A stretch of DNA of 64,000 nt, taken from contig CAVPSJ010000004.1 of assembly GCA_963708295.1 (NCBI GenBank), positions 736,001 through 800,000 of the forward strand. Reading direction: 5' to 3'. The number at the start of each line of letters is the position of its first letter. Positions within the stretch are counted from its first letter, which is position 1. Source of the stretch: an uncultured delta proteobacterium. Its GTDB lineage: Bacteria; Desulfobacterota; BSN033; UBA1163. Both the position numbers and the translations under genes were made by a program. The notes under the pieces are model-generated. The model was not told where the DNA came from and did no database searches. It saw only the letters and a program-made list of their open reading frames with translations. Of this stretch, positions 1 through 12,701 are shown in pieces.

Positions 1-1004
1 GAGATGCCTTTGGAGATGAAAGGAAAACGGAAATTGTGGAGGCTGCCCCAGAAATTCGGGTCGAAGACCTCATCGCCGAAGAGGATATGGTGGTGACGAT
101 CACGCATACGGGATATATCAAGAGAAATCCCATCAGCCTCTACCGGAGTCAGCATCGCGGCGGGAAGGGAAAGATGGGGATGAACGTCAAGGAGGAGGAT
201 TTTGTAGAAGACCTTTTTATCGCTTCCACTCACGACTATGTCTTATTCTTCACCGACGCCGGGAAGATCCACTGGATGAAGGTTCACGAACTTCCCCAGG
301 CTGGCCGAATCACACGCGGGAAGGCGATTGTCAATCTCCTCAATCTCAGCCCCGACGAGAAGGCGACCACCATCCTATCCCTGAAGGATTTTGCGAAGGA
401 GAAGTTCATTACCTTTATGACCAGAAGGGGGACGATCAAGAAAACCGCCCTTGAAGCATACAGTAATCCCCGATCCGGGGGGATTATCGCCATTCACCTC
501 GACGATGAGGACGAGCTCATCTCCACAAAACTGACCGATGGAAAACAATTTCTTTTTATCGGCACCAAAATGGGAAAGGCTATCCACTTTCCCGAAAACC
601 AGATCAGAGAAATGGGTCGAACCGCTCGCGGGATCAGAGGCATCAAGATATCTAAAGAAGATGAAGTGGTCGGTATGGAGGTGGTCGCGCCTCATACTCA
701 GATCCTAACGGTCACGGCGAACGGTTATGGAAAGCGGACCCAGGCCTCAGAATATCGGACTCAGAATAGGGGAGGGTCCGGCATTTTTACAGTAAAGAGA
801 ACGCAAAAGACAGGAGATGTGATCGGGATTAAGACCGTAGGGGACGAAGATGAATTAATGCTCATTTCCGACAAGGGGAAGATTATCCGCCTGAGAGCTC
901 TGGATATCCCCGTTCAGGGAAGAAGCACGCAAGGCGTAAGACTGATCACCCTTGAAGAGGGGGAGCGGGTGGTCGGTGTTGCAAAGCTGGCAGAGAAAGA
1001 ATAG
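1..1004 (+). CDS. gyrA: DNA gyrase subunit A, C-terminal part (5' end outside window)
   Basis: Frame is open from the window start (FGDERKTEI); GyrA-box QHRGGKG; repeated beta-pinwheel blades; TAG stop. Confidence 0.97.
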   Translation, partial: DAFGDERKTEIVEAAPEIRVEDLIAEEDMVVTITHTGYIKRNPISLYRSQHRGGKGKMGMNVKEEDFVEDLFIASTHDYVLFFTDAGKIHWMKVHELPQAGRITRGKAIVNLLNLSPDEKATTILSLKDFAKEKFITFMTRRGTIKKTALEAYSNPRSGGIIAIHLDDEDELISTKLTDGKQFLFIGTKMGKAIHFPENQIREMGRTARGIRGIKISKEDEVVGMEVVAPHTQILTVTANGYGKRTQASEYRTQNRGGSGIFTVKRTQKTGDVIGIKTVGDEDELMLISDKGKIIRLRALDIPVQGRSTQGVRLITLEEGERVVGVAKLAEKE

Positions 1005-1280
1005 AACGAGTCCCTCCCAAAAGCTGCATCAAAAAAAGCATCAAAAAAAGCTTGATTTTTCTGAATAACGGGTTTAATATTAGTCACGTATGTTTTCAAA
1101 GCTTTAATCCTCAAAAATTTTCCCCTCTTTGTCTTTAATTTCATTTATCCACAGTTGTGGAAACATTGTGCAAAGAGATTTATAACTAATTGAAAATGAA
1201 AGTATTTTCTTTTCGGGGTTTGTCCTGCCAGCTCCATCTACACCCTTCGTCAAGCACTTCAAACCGTCAAGGTCGGTTCC
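1005..1280. promoter_or_regulatory. oriC-like region upstream of dnaA with DnaA boxes
   Basis: Perfect TTATCCACA at 1145-1153; inverted near-box TGTGGAAAC at 1156-1164; AT-rich; tandem GCATCAAAAAAA x2 at 1026-1049. Confidence 0.75.
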
Positions 1281-2618
1281 ATGGATGATTTATGGATTAA
1301 GGTGACCGATGCCCTAAGGGAAAAAGTCGGTCAACAGAACTTCGATATTTGGATTAAACCCATTCACTTTATTTCCGGCGAAGGAGAAAAAGTTGAGTTG
1401 GAGGTCCCGAACCGATTTTTCAAAGAGTGGATTAACGAACACTATTCGGTTCATATCAAAGAGGCCTTTTCTCTCCTCACGCAAGCGCCCTGTCAACTTC
1501 AATTCCGAATCAGAAACGAAAAGCCGAACGGAAAAGACCCAACCCCTCAACCTTCGCAAGGTTATGAACAGCATTTTCCCCACCCCCCCCAACCGATCTT
1601 TAATCCAAAATACACCTTCGATCATTTTGTGGTGGGAGCGAGTAATCAGTTTGCTCACGCAGCCTGCCTGGCTGTCGCTGATTCACCCGCAAAAAATTAT
1701 AATCCCCTTTTTATTTATGGAGGAGTAGGATTGGGAAAGACCCATCTCCTCCACGCCATCGGAAACCACATCCTTCAGCATCGTATCCTTCCAGAACTTA
1801 GGAAGATTTGCTATATCTCCTCGGAAGAGTTTACCAACGAGTTAATCAACTCCCTACGCTACGAGAAGATGGATGAATTTCGTAATAAATTCAGAAGGAT
1901 GGACATTCTCCTGATCGACGACATCCAATTCATTGCAGGGAAGGAAAGAACTCAGGCCGAATTCTTCCATACCTTCAACTCCCTGTATGAAGCACGGAAG
2001 CAAATCGTTGTGACCAGCGATAAGTTTCCAAAGGACATTCCCAACTTTGAGGAACGCCTTCGATCTCGTTTTGAATGGGGTTTGATCGCTGACATTCAAC
2101 CCCCCGACACCGAAACGAAGGTCGCCATCTTAAGAAAAAAAGCTGAAATGGAAAATATCGCTCTTCCCAATGACGTCGCCTTTTTTCTTGCGTCTCAAAT
2201 TGATTCGAACGTCAGAATATTGGAAGGATCCCTGATTCGCATCGGTGCTTTTTCATCTCTCACCAAAACGCCGATCGACATCCAATTGGCCAAAGAAGTC
2301 TTGAAGAATATTATTAAACCAAAAGAGGAGTTCGTATCCATCGACCTCGTTCAAAAGGTCGTTTCTAACTTTTTTAACATTAAGATTTCAGACTTAAAGG
2401 TGAAACGAAAGTATAAGGGATATGTAGTTCCCAGACAGATCGCCATGTTTCTCTCACGAAAATTGACGAACTCATCGCTCCTTGAAATTGGAGATAAATT
2501 TGGTGGAAAAGATCATTCCACCGTTCTTCACTCAATCAAAAAAGTGGAAGAAAAGATGACCAAAGAAAACTCCTTTAAAGAAATGATCGAAAATCTGCGT
2601 GGCCGCATTAAATCCTAA
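1281..2618 (+). CDS. dnaA: Chromosomal replication initiator DnaA
   Basis: YNPLFIYGGVGLGKTHL Walker A, LLIDDIQF Walker B, RLRSRF, GGKDHSTV domain IV. Confidence 0.99.
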   Translation: MDDLWIKVTDALREKVGQQNFDIWIKPIHFISGEGEKVELEVPNRFFKEWINEHYSVHIKEAFSLLTQAPCQLQFRIRNEKPNGKDPTPQPSQGYEQHFPHPPQPIFNPKYTFDHFVVGASNQFAHAACLAVADSPAKNYNPLFIYGGVGLGKTHLLHAIGNHILQHRILPELRKICYISSEEFTNELINSLRYEKMDEFRNKFRRMDILLIDDIQFIAGKERTQAEFFHTFNSLYEARKQIVVTSDKFPKDIPNFEERLRSRFEWGLIADIQPPDTETKVAILRKKAEMENIALPNDVAFFLASQIDSNVRILEGSLIRIGAFSSLTKTPIDIQLAKEVLKNIIKPKEEFVSIDLVQKVVSNFFNIKISDLKVKRKYKGYVVPRQIAMFLSRKLTNSSLLEIGDKFGGKDHSTVLHSIKKVEEKMTKENSFKEMIENLRGRIKS

Positions 2619-2847
2619 CCGCGAGGGTAGGGGAAATGGGGTTGAAATATTGTGAATGACTGGGGAGATTGCAATAGAGAGAGCCGACTTGTTGAGAATT
2701 CAACGGATTTCCAAAATTGCCGAGATGAATATTGAACAATGAAATCCTTTTTCTTTCTTTCCGTTTACAGTCTTTTTCCTCATTTCCACAGACATAGACG
2801 GCGAAGACGTATTTTAAAGATAAAGAATATTATTAGGAGGTAGACCC
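2619..2847. promoter_or_regulatory. dnaA-dnaN intergenic origin segment (degenerate DnaA boxes, candidate unwinding site)
   Basis: TGTGAATGA at 2651-2659; overlapping TTTTCCTCA (2774-2782) and ATTTCCACA (2782-2790), then a triplet-periodic tract and an AT-rich stretch. Confidence 0.6.
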
Positions 2848-3981
2848 ATGTATTTTGAAATTGATAAGAGGGAATTCATCAAGGGGCTGGGCCTCATGCA
2901 GAGTGTCGCAGGAAGAAAAACAACCCTTCCCATCCTATCGCATATTTTACTGGAGTGGGAGAAAAACTCCCTCTATCTTACAGGAACAGATCTCGAAACA
3001 GGAATCCGCGAGGAATTGATTTCGAAAATTCATCAGAAGGGAAAGGCCTCTGTTTCAGCAAAAAAATTGTATGAGATTGTAAGGGAATTACCCGAAGAAA
3101 CCATCCATATACGGAAAAAAGATAATCAATGGATTACCCTCCAATGTGGAAGATCGACTTTTAATCTTGCCGGGTTAGACCCGGAGGAATTTCCTTCCCT
3201 TCCTGCCTACCAAGACGAAAATTTTTCCGCTGTCTCCACTGGGCTCATTCGAGAGATGATAGAAAAAACGGTTTTTGCTGCCTCGAATGAGGAATCTCGA
3301 TACCACCTGAACGGGCTTCTATTTGCACAGGCGAAACAAGGAGGAGACGAAATGCTGAGAATGGTCGCTACGGATGGTCATCGTCTTTCTCTGGTCGATC
3401 GACAGAACAAGAAAATCTTCGGCATTGATGAAAAGGGGATTATCATGCCCAAGAAAGGGATTTTGGAGGTTAAGAAAATCATCGGAGATCGAGGCGGAGA
3501 ACAGGAGATGGAAATCTATTTTAATTCTACCCATGGTTTTTTTAAATTGGGAAAATCTCTTACGGTTATCCGGTTGATCGAAGGTGAGTTTCCAGAGTAC
3601 GAACAAGTGATTCCAAAGGGGAATGATAAAAAATTAGTCTTGAAAAAAGAGAGAATCGTCAGCAGTTTGAAGCGAGTTTCTACGATGGCCAACGAACGAA
3701 TGGAGGGTGTAAAGTTTTCTCTCAAAACCAATTCGGTAGAGATGTCCTCCACCCATCAAGACTTTGGGGATGCCCAGGAAGAGGTCGAGGTGGTCTACGA
3801 TGGACCTCCTCTTCAGGTTGGATTCAACGCCAGGTATTTAATAGAGGCTCTGAATGTGATCGAGGCAGAGGACGTCCTCATGGAATTGAAGGATGAGGGA
3901 AGCCCTGGGATACTCAAACCTTCGTCTTCGACGGCCGGGGTCTCGAACCAAATTTCAATCATCATGCCGATGAGGCTTTAG
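2848..3981 (+). CDS. dnaN: DNA polymerase III beta clamp
   Basis: TLPILSH, GTDLE, VATDGHRL, GFNARYL, C-terminal IMPMRL; AGGAGG RBS. Confidence 0.98.
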   Translation: MYFEIDKREFIKGLGLMQSVAGRKTTLPILSHILLEWEKNSLYLTGTDLETGIREELISKIHQKGKASVSAKKLYEIVRELPEETIHIRKKDNQWITLQCGRSTFNLAGLDPEEFPSLPAYQDENFSAVSTGLIREMIEKTVFAASNEESRYHLNGLLFAQAKQGGDEMLRMVATDGHRLSLVDRQNKKIFGIDEKGIIMPKKGILEVKKIIGDRGGEQEMEIYFNSTHGFFKLGKSLTVIRLIEGEFPEYEQVIPKGNDKKLVLKKERIVSSLKRVSTMANERMEGVKFSLKTNSVEMSSTHQDFGDAQEEVEVVYDGPPLQVGFNARYLIEALNVIEAEDVLMELKDEGSPGILKPSSSTAGVSNQISIIMPMRL

Positions 3982-4066
3982 ATCGCATCGTGTGCGTGAA
4001 AGGGGAGGGTGTTCGTTTAAAAGAATTCTTCCCTTATCATAAGCACCCCGGCGCTTGCTTCGTTAA

Positions 4067-6469
<2,403 letters not shown>

Positions 6470-6484
6470 GAGACTCCAGGGAGA

Positions 6485-7147
6485 ATGCTCATCGTCGGAT
6501 TGACGGGAGGAGTGGCCAGCGGAAAGACGACGGCCTCCCAGATCTTGAAAGAAGAGGGGGCTTATCGGATCGATGCAGACCAGATCGCCAGAGAGCTGGT
6601 TCGACCCCACACACCCGCCTGGAAAAGTTTAGTCAGGGTATTTGGCACGGGCATCCTTCGAAAAGACGGGTTCATCCATCGAAAAAAGTTGGCGGATAAA
6701 GTCTTTGCGAATCTTCGCCAGAGGAAACTACTCAATCAGATCCTCCATCCTCGAATCAGAAAGGAGATGGAGCGAAGAGCCAAGGAGATCGGAAAAAAAG
6801 ATCTTGGGGCCATTGTGGTGATTGATGCACCACTCCTGGTGGAGCTCAGGGAGCATCGTCGGATGGATCGAGTGATTGTGGTCACTTCCACTCAAACCCG
6901 GCAAATGGAAAGGCTAAAGAAAAGGGATGGGATAAGTACGGAGGGGGCGCTCAGGATCTTCTCTTCCCAGATGCCTGTGAAGGACAAGGTAAGATTCGCA
7001 GACTTCGTCATTCGAAATGATGGGTCTTTCCAGGAATTGAAGAAAAAGACAAGGGAAGTTTTTAGAGAGTTAAGAAAGGCCCGGATTCGGACAAAAAAAG
7101 GACGCGAAGGCACAGGGCCCGATTGCGGTAACCGCACCGTCCGTTGA
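6485..7147 (+). CDS. coaE: Dephospho-CoA kinase
   Basis: GLTGGVASGKT P-loop, IDAD, HP.I, DAPLL.E, SQM. Confidence 0.95.
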   Translation: MLIVGLTGGVASGKTTASQILKEEGAYRIDADQIARELVRPHTPAWKSLVRVFGTGILRKDGFIHRKKLADKVFANLRQRKLLNQILHPRIRKEMERRAKEIGKKDLGAIVVIDAPLLVELREHRRMDRVIVVTSTQTRQMERLKKRDGISTEGALRIFSSQMPVKDKVRFADFVIRNDGSFQELKKKTREVFRELRKARIRTKKGREGTGPDCGNRTVR

Positions 7148-7230
7148 ATCGGATCGGGTGCGCTGGTATCTGCAGGGGCTGAGATGACGAAGCGCGTTAC
7201 CTGCACAAGGGGAGGACAAAGGAAAAAGCT

Positions 7231-8485
7231 ATGAACATCAAAGATTTGAAAAAGTTAAAGATCAACGAATTATACAAGATTGCCAAGGAGCTCAATGTCG
7301 AAGGGGCGAGCGGAATGAGAAAGCAGGAATTGATCTTTGCTATTCTTCAAGCCCAGACAGAAAAAAATGGCTTGATCTTTGGGGAGGGTGTGCTGGAAAT
7401 CTTGCCCGATGGGTTTGGATTTCTGAGAGCCCCTGATTACAATTATCTGCCTGGCCCAGATGACATTTATATCTCCCCATCCCAGATCCGCCGATTCAAC
7501 CTTCGAACGGGCGATACGGTTTCGGGTCAGATTCGACCCCCGAAGGATACCGAGCGTTACTTTGCCATGTTGAAAGTGGAATTGGTCAACTATGAAGACC
7601 CGGAGGTGGCTCGGGACAAAATCCTCTTCGATAACCTGACTCCCCTCTATCCGCAGGAGAAGATCCATTTAGAGGCGGCCAACGATTCCAAGAATTACTC
7701 TGCCCGGGTGATGAACCTTCTTACGCCTATTGGAAAGGGGCAGCGAGGGCTGATCGTCGCCGCGCCAAGGACCGGTAAGACCATGCTTCTCCAGGCGATC
7801 GCCCATAGCATTACCGCTAACCATAAAGAGATCACCTTGATCGTCCTCCTCATTGACGAACGGCCCGAAGAGGTGACGGATATGGAACGGTCTGTCGATG
7901 CAGAGGTCATCAGTTCGACGTTTGACGAGCCAGCTTCCCGCCATGTTCAGGTGGCGGAGATGGTGATCGAGAAGGCGAAGCGATTGGTGGAACATCAAAA
8001 GGATGTCGTCATTCTTCTGGATAGCATCACCCGTCTTGCCCGGGCTTACAATACGGTTGTCCCGCCCAGCGGGAAGGTTCTCTCCGGAGGGATTGATGCC
8101 AATGCCCTTCAACGGCCGAAGCGGTTTTTCGGTGCGGCCAGAAACATCGAGGAGGGCGGAAGCCTTAACCATTATTGGCACCGCCTTGGTCGACACAGGG
8201 AGCCGCATGGATGAGGTGATTTTCGAAGAGTTCAAAGGGACAGGAAATATGGAGATCAACTTAGATCGGCGCTTGGTCGACCGGAGGGTCTTTCCGTCCA
8301 TCGATATTCAACGCTCTGGTACCCGAAAAGAAGAACTGCTCCTCGATCGGAGCGATATCAACCGCATCTGGCTTTTGAGAAAGGTGCTTCAGCCCATGAA
8401 CACGGTGGAGAGCATGGAGTTTCTTTTGGAGAAGATGCAAGCCACCAAGAACAATCGGGAATTCCTTGATTCCATGAATCAATAG
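7231..8485 (+). CDS. rho: Transcription termination factor Rho (one +1 frameshift near 8167, probably a sequencing error)
   Basis: [23 protein letters not shown]; removing one A at 8167/8 restores [31 protein letters not shown]. Confidence 0.95.
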
Positions 8486-8524
8486 CGGGATGAGTGTTAA
8501 AGCCAGGTCCATTTCAAAAAATAG

Positions 8525-8552
8525 TTGAAAATTCATCGAAAATCAGTAAAAT
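8525..8552 (+). promoter_or_regulatory. Candidate sigma70 promoter of rpmE
   Basis: TTGAAA-N16-TAAAAT about 20 nt upstream of the start codon. Confidence 0.45.
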
Positions 8553-8572
8553 AGAGGTTTGGAGGCCAAGAG

Positions 8573-8788
8573 ATGAAGAAAGAGATACATCCCAAGGTTT
8601 TTGACACGGTGATCAAATGTGCCTGCGGCGCAACGTTCGAGACGAAGAGCACGGAAAAGGAGATCCATGTAGAAATCTGCTCAAACTGTCATCCTTTTTT
8701 CACGGGGAAACAGAAATTCCTGGATACCGCAGGAAGAATTGAACGGTTTCAGAAAAAATATGCAAAGAAAGAAACTCAGAAGGAATAA
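8573..8788 (+). CDS. rpmE: 50S ribosomal protein L31 (Zn-binding type)
   Basis: [30 protein letters not shown]. Confidence 0.98.
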   Translation: MKKEIHPKVFDTVIKCACGATFETKSTEKEIHVEICSNCHPFFTGKQKFLDTAGRIERFQKKYAKKETQKE

Positions 8789-9061
8789 TCCAGACTTCAA
8801 AATTCATGACGATCCATCCCAATCCATCAATCTCGGACGACCTTTCCTCTTTGGGGCCGAGGATTCATCCTTTCCTTTTGTCTTTTTTCCTGTCGAATTT
8901 TTTATAGACCTCCAGCATTAGTTTTGTCTGTCGTGAAGAAAAGCCTTTTGCGGAGAACGGACGTTTTGGTCTATCTCTGAAAGGTTTATATTGTTTGCTT
9001 CAATCAAGAAAAGGCTGATTTTGGCCGGGTTTATAACATAGGGTTCCAGGGGAGGTTCTAA

Positions 9062-10015
9062 ATGTTTTTTGGAAGCAAGGACATCGGAGAGGGGTATTCT
9101 CTAGCCAACCCTTCTCTCTCTAAGAAGAGGGAGGAGCCCCTTCGAGTTGGCGGACAGGCTGTCATCGAAGGTGTGATGATGAGATCTCCCCACTCAATGG
9201 CCGTCGCCGTCCGGAGGCCCAATGGCGAAATTGTCGTGAAACGAGAGAGGTTGAATTTCTTTTCTGAAAAAAAACTCTTCTCTAAACTCCCCCTGGTCAG
9301 GGGGGTGATGAATTTACTCTCCGCCCTGGTTTTGGGGATGAGGGCTCTCAACTTTTCAGCCAACCAGTCCTTGGAGGAAGAGAAAGAGATGAGCTCCTGG
9401 ACGATGGGACTTACCTTCACATTCGCCCTCTGTTTCGGCATCTTGCTTTTCTTCCTGCTCCCCCTCTTTTTGACGAAGTGGTTGCGGTTCGCCATCCCCA
9501 TGGTCTCCACGAGCGGGATCCTCTTCAATCTGGTGGATGGAATCCTTCGATTGATGATCTTCTTGGCTTACCTCTGGGCGATCTCCTGTTTCAAAGAGAT
9601 CCGGAGAATCTTTGAGTACCATGGGGCCGAACACAAGTCGATCTTCGCCTTCGAGTCTGGTGAGAAGCTGATGGCCGATCGTGTGAAAGGCTACAGTCAT
9701 CTTCATCCCAGATGTGGGACGAGCTTCCTTTTGATCGTCATGGTGGTAAGCATATTGGTCTTTGCTCTCATTCCTCACCAGCTTTCGTTCGGATATAAAG
9801 TGGCCTCTCGGGTGGTCTTCATCCCTCTTATCGCGGGGCTCGCTTATGAGATCATCCGATTCGCCGATCAAAAGCGGGGGAGGAAGAGCATGCAATATTT
9901 CATCAAGCCTGGACTCTGGCTCCAGCGGATGACGGCGCGCGAGCCCTCGGAGGATCAAATCGAGGTGGCACTTCGTGCCCTTCAGGAAGTACTGGAGTTA
10001 GAGGGACGTCGATAA
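9062..10015 (+). CDS. DUF1385 family membrane protein
   Basis: VGGQAVIEGVMMR, YHGAEHK, HPRCGTSF; usual rpmE-prfA context. Confidence 0.9.
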   Translation: MFFGSKDIGEGYSLANPSLSKKREEPLRVGGQAVIEGVMMRSPHSMAVAVRRPNGEIVVKRERLNFFSEKKLFSKLPLVRGVMNLLSALVLGMRALNFSANQSLEEEKEMSSWTMGLTFTFALCFGILLFFLLPLFLTKWLRFAIPMVSTSGILFNLVDGILRLMIFLAYLWAISCFKEIRRIFEYHGAEHKSIFAFESGEKLMADRVKGYSHLHPRCGTSFLLIVMVVSILVFALIPHQLSFGYKVASRVVFIPLIAGLAYEIIRFADQKRGRKSMQYFIKPGLWLQRMTAREPSEDQIEVALRALQEVLELEGRR

Positions 10016-10134
10016 GAGATAAGGGATCATGTCAAATTTCAAAGGTCAACGTTCAAGTGAGAGGCTAAAGCTCAAATAATAAAATTTACCAAGAAAGAAA
10101 TTTTGACAGTTGTCATTGGTTTAAGGGGAAAAAA

Positions 10135-11238
10135 ATGTTTCAGAAATTAGAAGAGGTTGAGCGTCGGTATGAAACGCTCTCCCATCTCCTCAGCCAACCC
10201 GATGTGATCGCAAAACAGGATGAGTTTCAGAAGGCCGCCAAGGAATACGCTGAACTCGGAAAGGTGGTGGACCTCTATCGAAGGCTTAAAAAATTGGAGG
10301 AAGAGACCAAGGGAAGCCAGCAGCTCCTCGATCATGAGGAAGATGAGGAGATGAAGCGGCTGGCCAAAGAGGAACTGAATCACCTGACCCGGGAGGAAAG
10401 AAAGGGTTGAGGAGGAGTTAAAGACGGCTCTTCTTCCTAAAGACCCTCTCGACGAAAAAAACATTTTGCTCGAAATCCGTGCGGGAACCGGAGGAGAGGA
10501 AGCGGGCCTTTTCGCAGGCTGACCTTTTCAGGATGTATTCCAAGTTTGCGGAAAAAAAGGGTTGGCGTCTGGAGATATTGAGCCGTCATTATTCGGGCGG
10601 CGGGGGCTTCAAAGAGATCATTGCTCAGATCGAAGGAAAGAGGGTTTACAGTCAATTGAAATTTGAAAGCGGTGTCCACCGGGTTCAGACGAGTTCCCGT
10701 GACAGAAGCGCAGGGTCGTATTCACACTTCCACGGTAACCGTGGCCATCCTTCCAGAGGCAGAAGAGGTGGACGTTCAGATTGATCCCAACGACCTGCGG
10801 ATTGATATCTTCCGGTCGTCAGGGCCGGGCGGCCAGAGCGTCAATACCACCGATTCCGCCGTCCGGGTCACCCATCTCCCCACTGGAATAGTGGTCTCCT
10901 GTCAGGATGAAAAATCCCAGCACAAGAATAAGGCCAAAGCGCTTAAGATTCTTCGAGCCAGGTTGATGGATAAGGCCACGCAGGAGAAACAGATGGAGAT
11001 TTCAGAGAAAAGAAGAAATCAAGTAGGGACGGGAGAACGGAGTGAACGGATCCGAACCTATAATTTTCCTCAGGGCAGAGTGACGGATCATCGAATCGGC
11101 TTAACCCTTTACAGACTGGAATCCATTCTCGAAGGAGAGATCGACGAGGTGATGGGTGCATTAAGCACACACTACCAGGCAGAAGCGTTAAAAGGAGAGG
11201 TAGAAAACTCTAAAACCCAATTTTCAAATGCCAAATGA
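10135..11238 (+). CDS. prfA: Peptide chain release factor 1 (three +1 frameshifts near 10396, 10518 and 10689, probably sequencing errors)
   Basis: Joined fragments give [26 protein letters not shown] (PxT motif of RF1), [17 protein letters not shown]. Confidence 0.93.
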
Positions 11239-11369
11239 TAGGGGAATGAGCGAACCTCTATGTCCAGAGATTGCGGCTCAACGTCATCTGAACACCCATC
11301 GAAGGGAACTCCTTTACCTGCTCCCTCTCCCCATCGGAGCGAGGGAACGGGTCGGGGGAGAGTTTGAAA

Positions 11370-12241
11370 ATGACAGGATCTGAACTCCTCCAATGGTCGG
11401 CGAACATCTTGAAGGATCATCAGGTCGAAAATCCCCGACTGAATGCAGAACTCCTTTTCGCCCACTCTCTGAACCTCAACAGAGAGGGGCTCTATGTGCG
11501 TCTCCATCGAGCCGTTAAGGAAAAGGAGAAAAGGGCTTTGGAGAGGTTGATTCAGAAGAAGGGTCTCGGGGGAACCTCTTCAGTACATTTTAGGCCATCA
11601 GGAATTCTGGTCGATCAATTTTAAAGTGGATTCCCGCGTGCTCATTCCAAGACCGGAGACAGAGCTTTTCGGTTGAACAAAGTCTCTCGATCCTCTCTGA
11701 AAAGACTTTTGAACAAAATCCATCTGTTCTCGAAATAGGGACCGGAAGCGGGGCGATCGCCATCGCCCTTGCGAAAGAGATGAAGCAACTCTTCCTGGTA
11801 GCCACCGACATCTCACGAGATGCTCTCATCTTAGCGAAGGAGAATGCTCAAGCTGCAGGGGTCCAGCATCAGATCGGGTTTGTCCATGGCGATCTCTTCG
11901 GTCCGCTTCGCCCTTTGAGAGAGACAAGGCCTTTCGATCTTATCCTGTCTAATCCTCCGTACATTGTGCGCCATAAGATCTGCACGTTGGCGAGAGAAGT
12001 GAAGGATTATGAGCCGACGATCGCCCTAAACGGAGGAAAGGATGGATTGGCATTCTACCGACGCATCATTCCAGAGGCCTCCGGCTATCTTCGGGCAGGA
12101 GGATGGCTCCTCCTGGAAGTAGCCCTAGGCCAAGGCTCGGAGGTTTCTGATCTGATGGAGGAGGAAAGCAGCTTCTTCAAGCCCAAGTGCATTCCGGACC
12201 TATCTGGGATTGGAAGGGTCGTGAAAGCACAACGGAAGTAA
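11370..12241 (+). CDS. prmC: Release factor glutamine methyltransferase (frameshifts near 11556 and 11670)
   Basis: Joined frames give [33 protein letters not shown]; follows prfA. Confidence 0.9.
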
Positions 12242-12700
12242 TAAATTGGAAGCGCCCGCCTGCGGGAAGGCGGGCAAAATCCGGGCGAAGCTTCCCGAAG
12301 GGAACCCTTCGAGACGAAATGTTATGTCGTGAGCTTAAATGTCCAAAGTACAATCCCGCGAAGCGCGGGATCGACGACGTATGACTCAGAAAATAGTCGG
12401 TTCAATGGTTGAGAGGTGAAGCTCCCCGCCCACAGGGCGGGGCCGTTCGACAAAGCTCACGGGCCTGAGTATGTCGAATAGGCTTCCCGGGCACGTTCCG
12501 GCCGAAATGACCTTTTGAGGTTCATCTTCTGGATTTGCTCGCCCTGTTAAGTAAGGGATGAGTAATTTCTGGTTTGACTTTCAGGAGTCTTTCGGAAGAG
12601 TGAGGTCATGAATTTCATGCGGAGTTACTTAACAGGGTAAAGATTTTGAGTTTCGTGTTTAGAGTTTAAATAACCTCGGATTTCGGATTGGAGATTTCAA
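12242..12700. repeat. Composite cluster of nested palindromic elements
   Basis: Several hairpins, including CCCGCC..GGCGGG, TCCCGCG..CGCGGGA, TTCGACA..TGTCGAA, and a 13-bp perfect inverted repeat CCCTGTTAAGTAA/TTACTTAACAGGG (12542-12637). Confidence 0.75.
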
Positions 12701-12701
12701 A

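Noticed and set aside
10135-12241. Loss of RF1/PrmC as a sign of UAG reassignment, or a prfB-like programmed frameshift
   Set aside because: gyrA, dnaN, gyrB, rho, hisB, recA, gltX and iorA end in TAG at their expected C-termini, so RF1 is needed. The gene has the RF1 PxT motif, lacks the CTT-TGA slippery site, and has three separate shifts.
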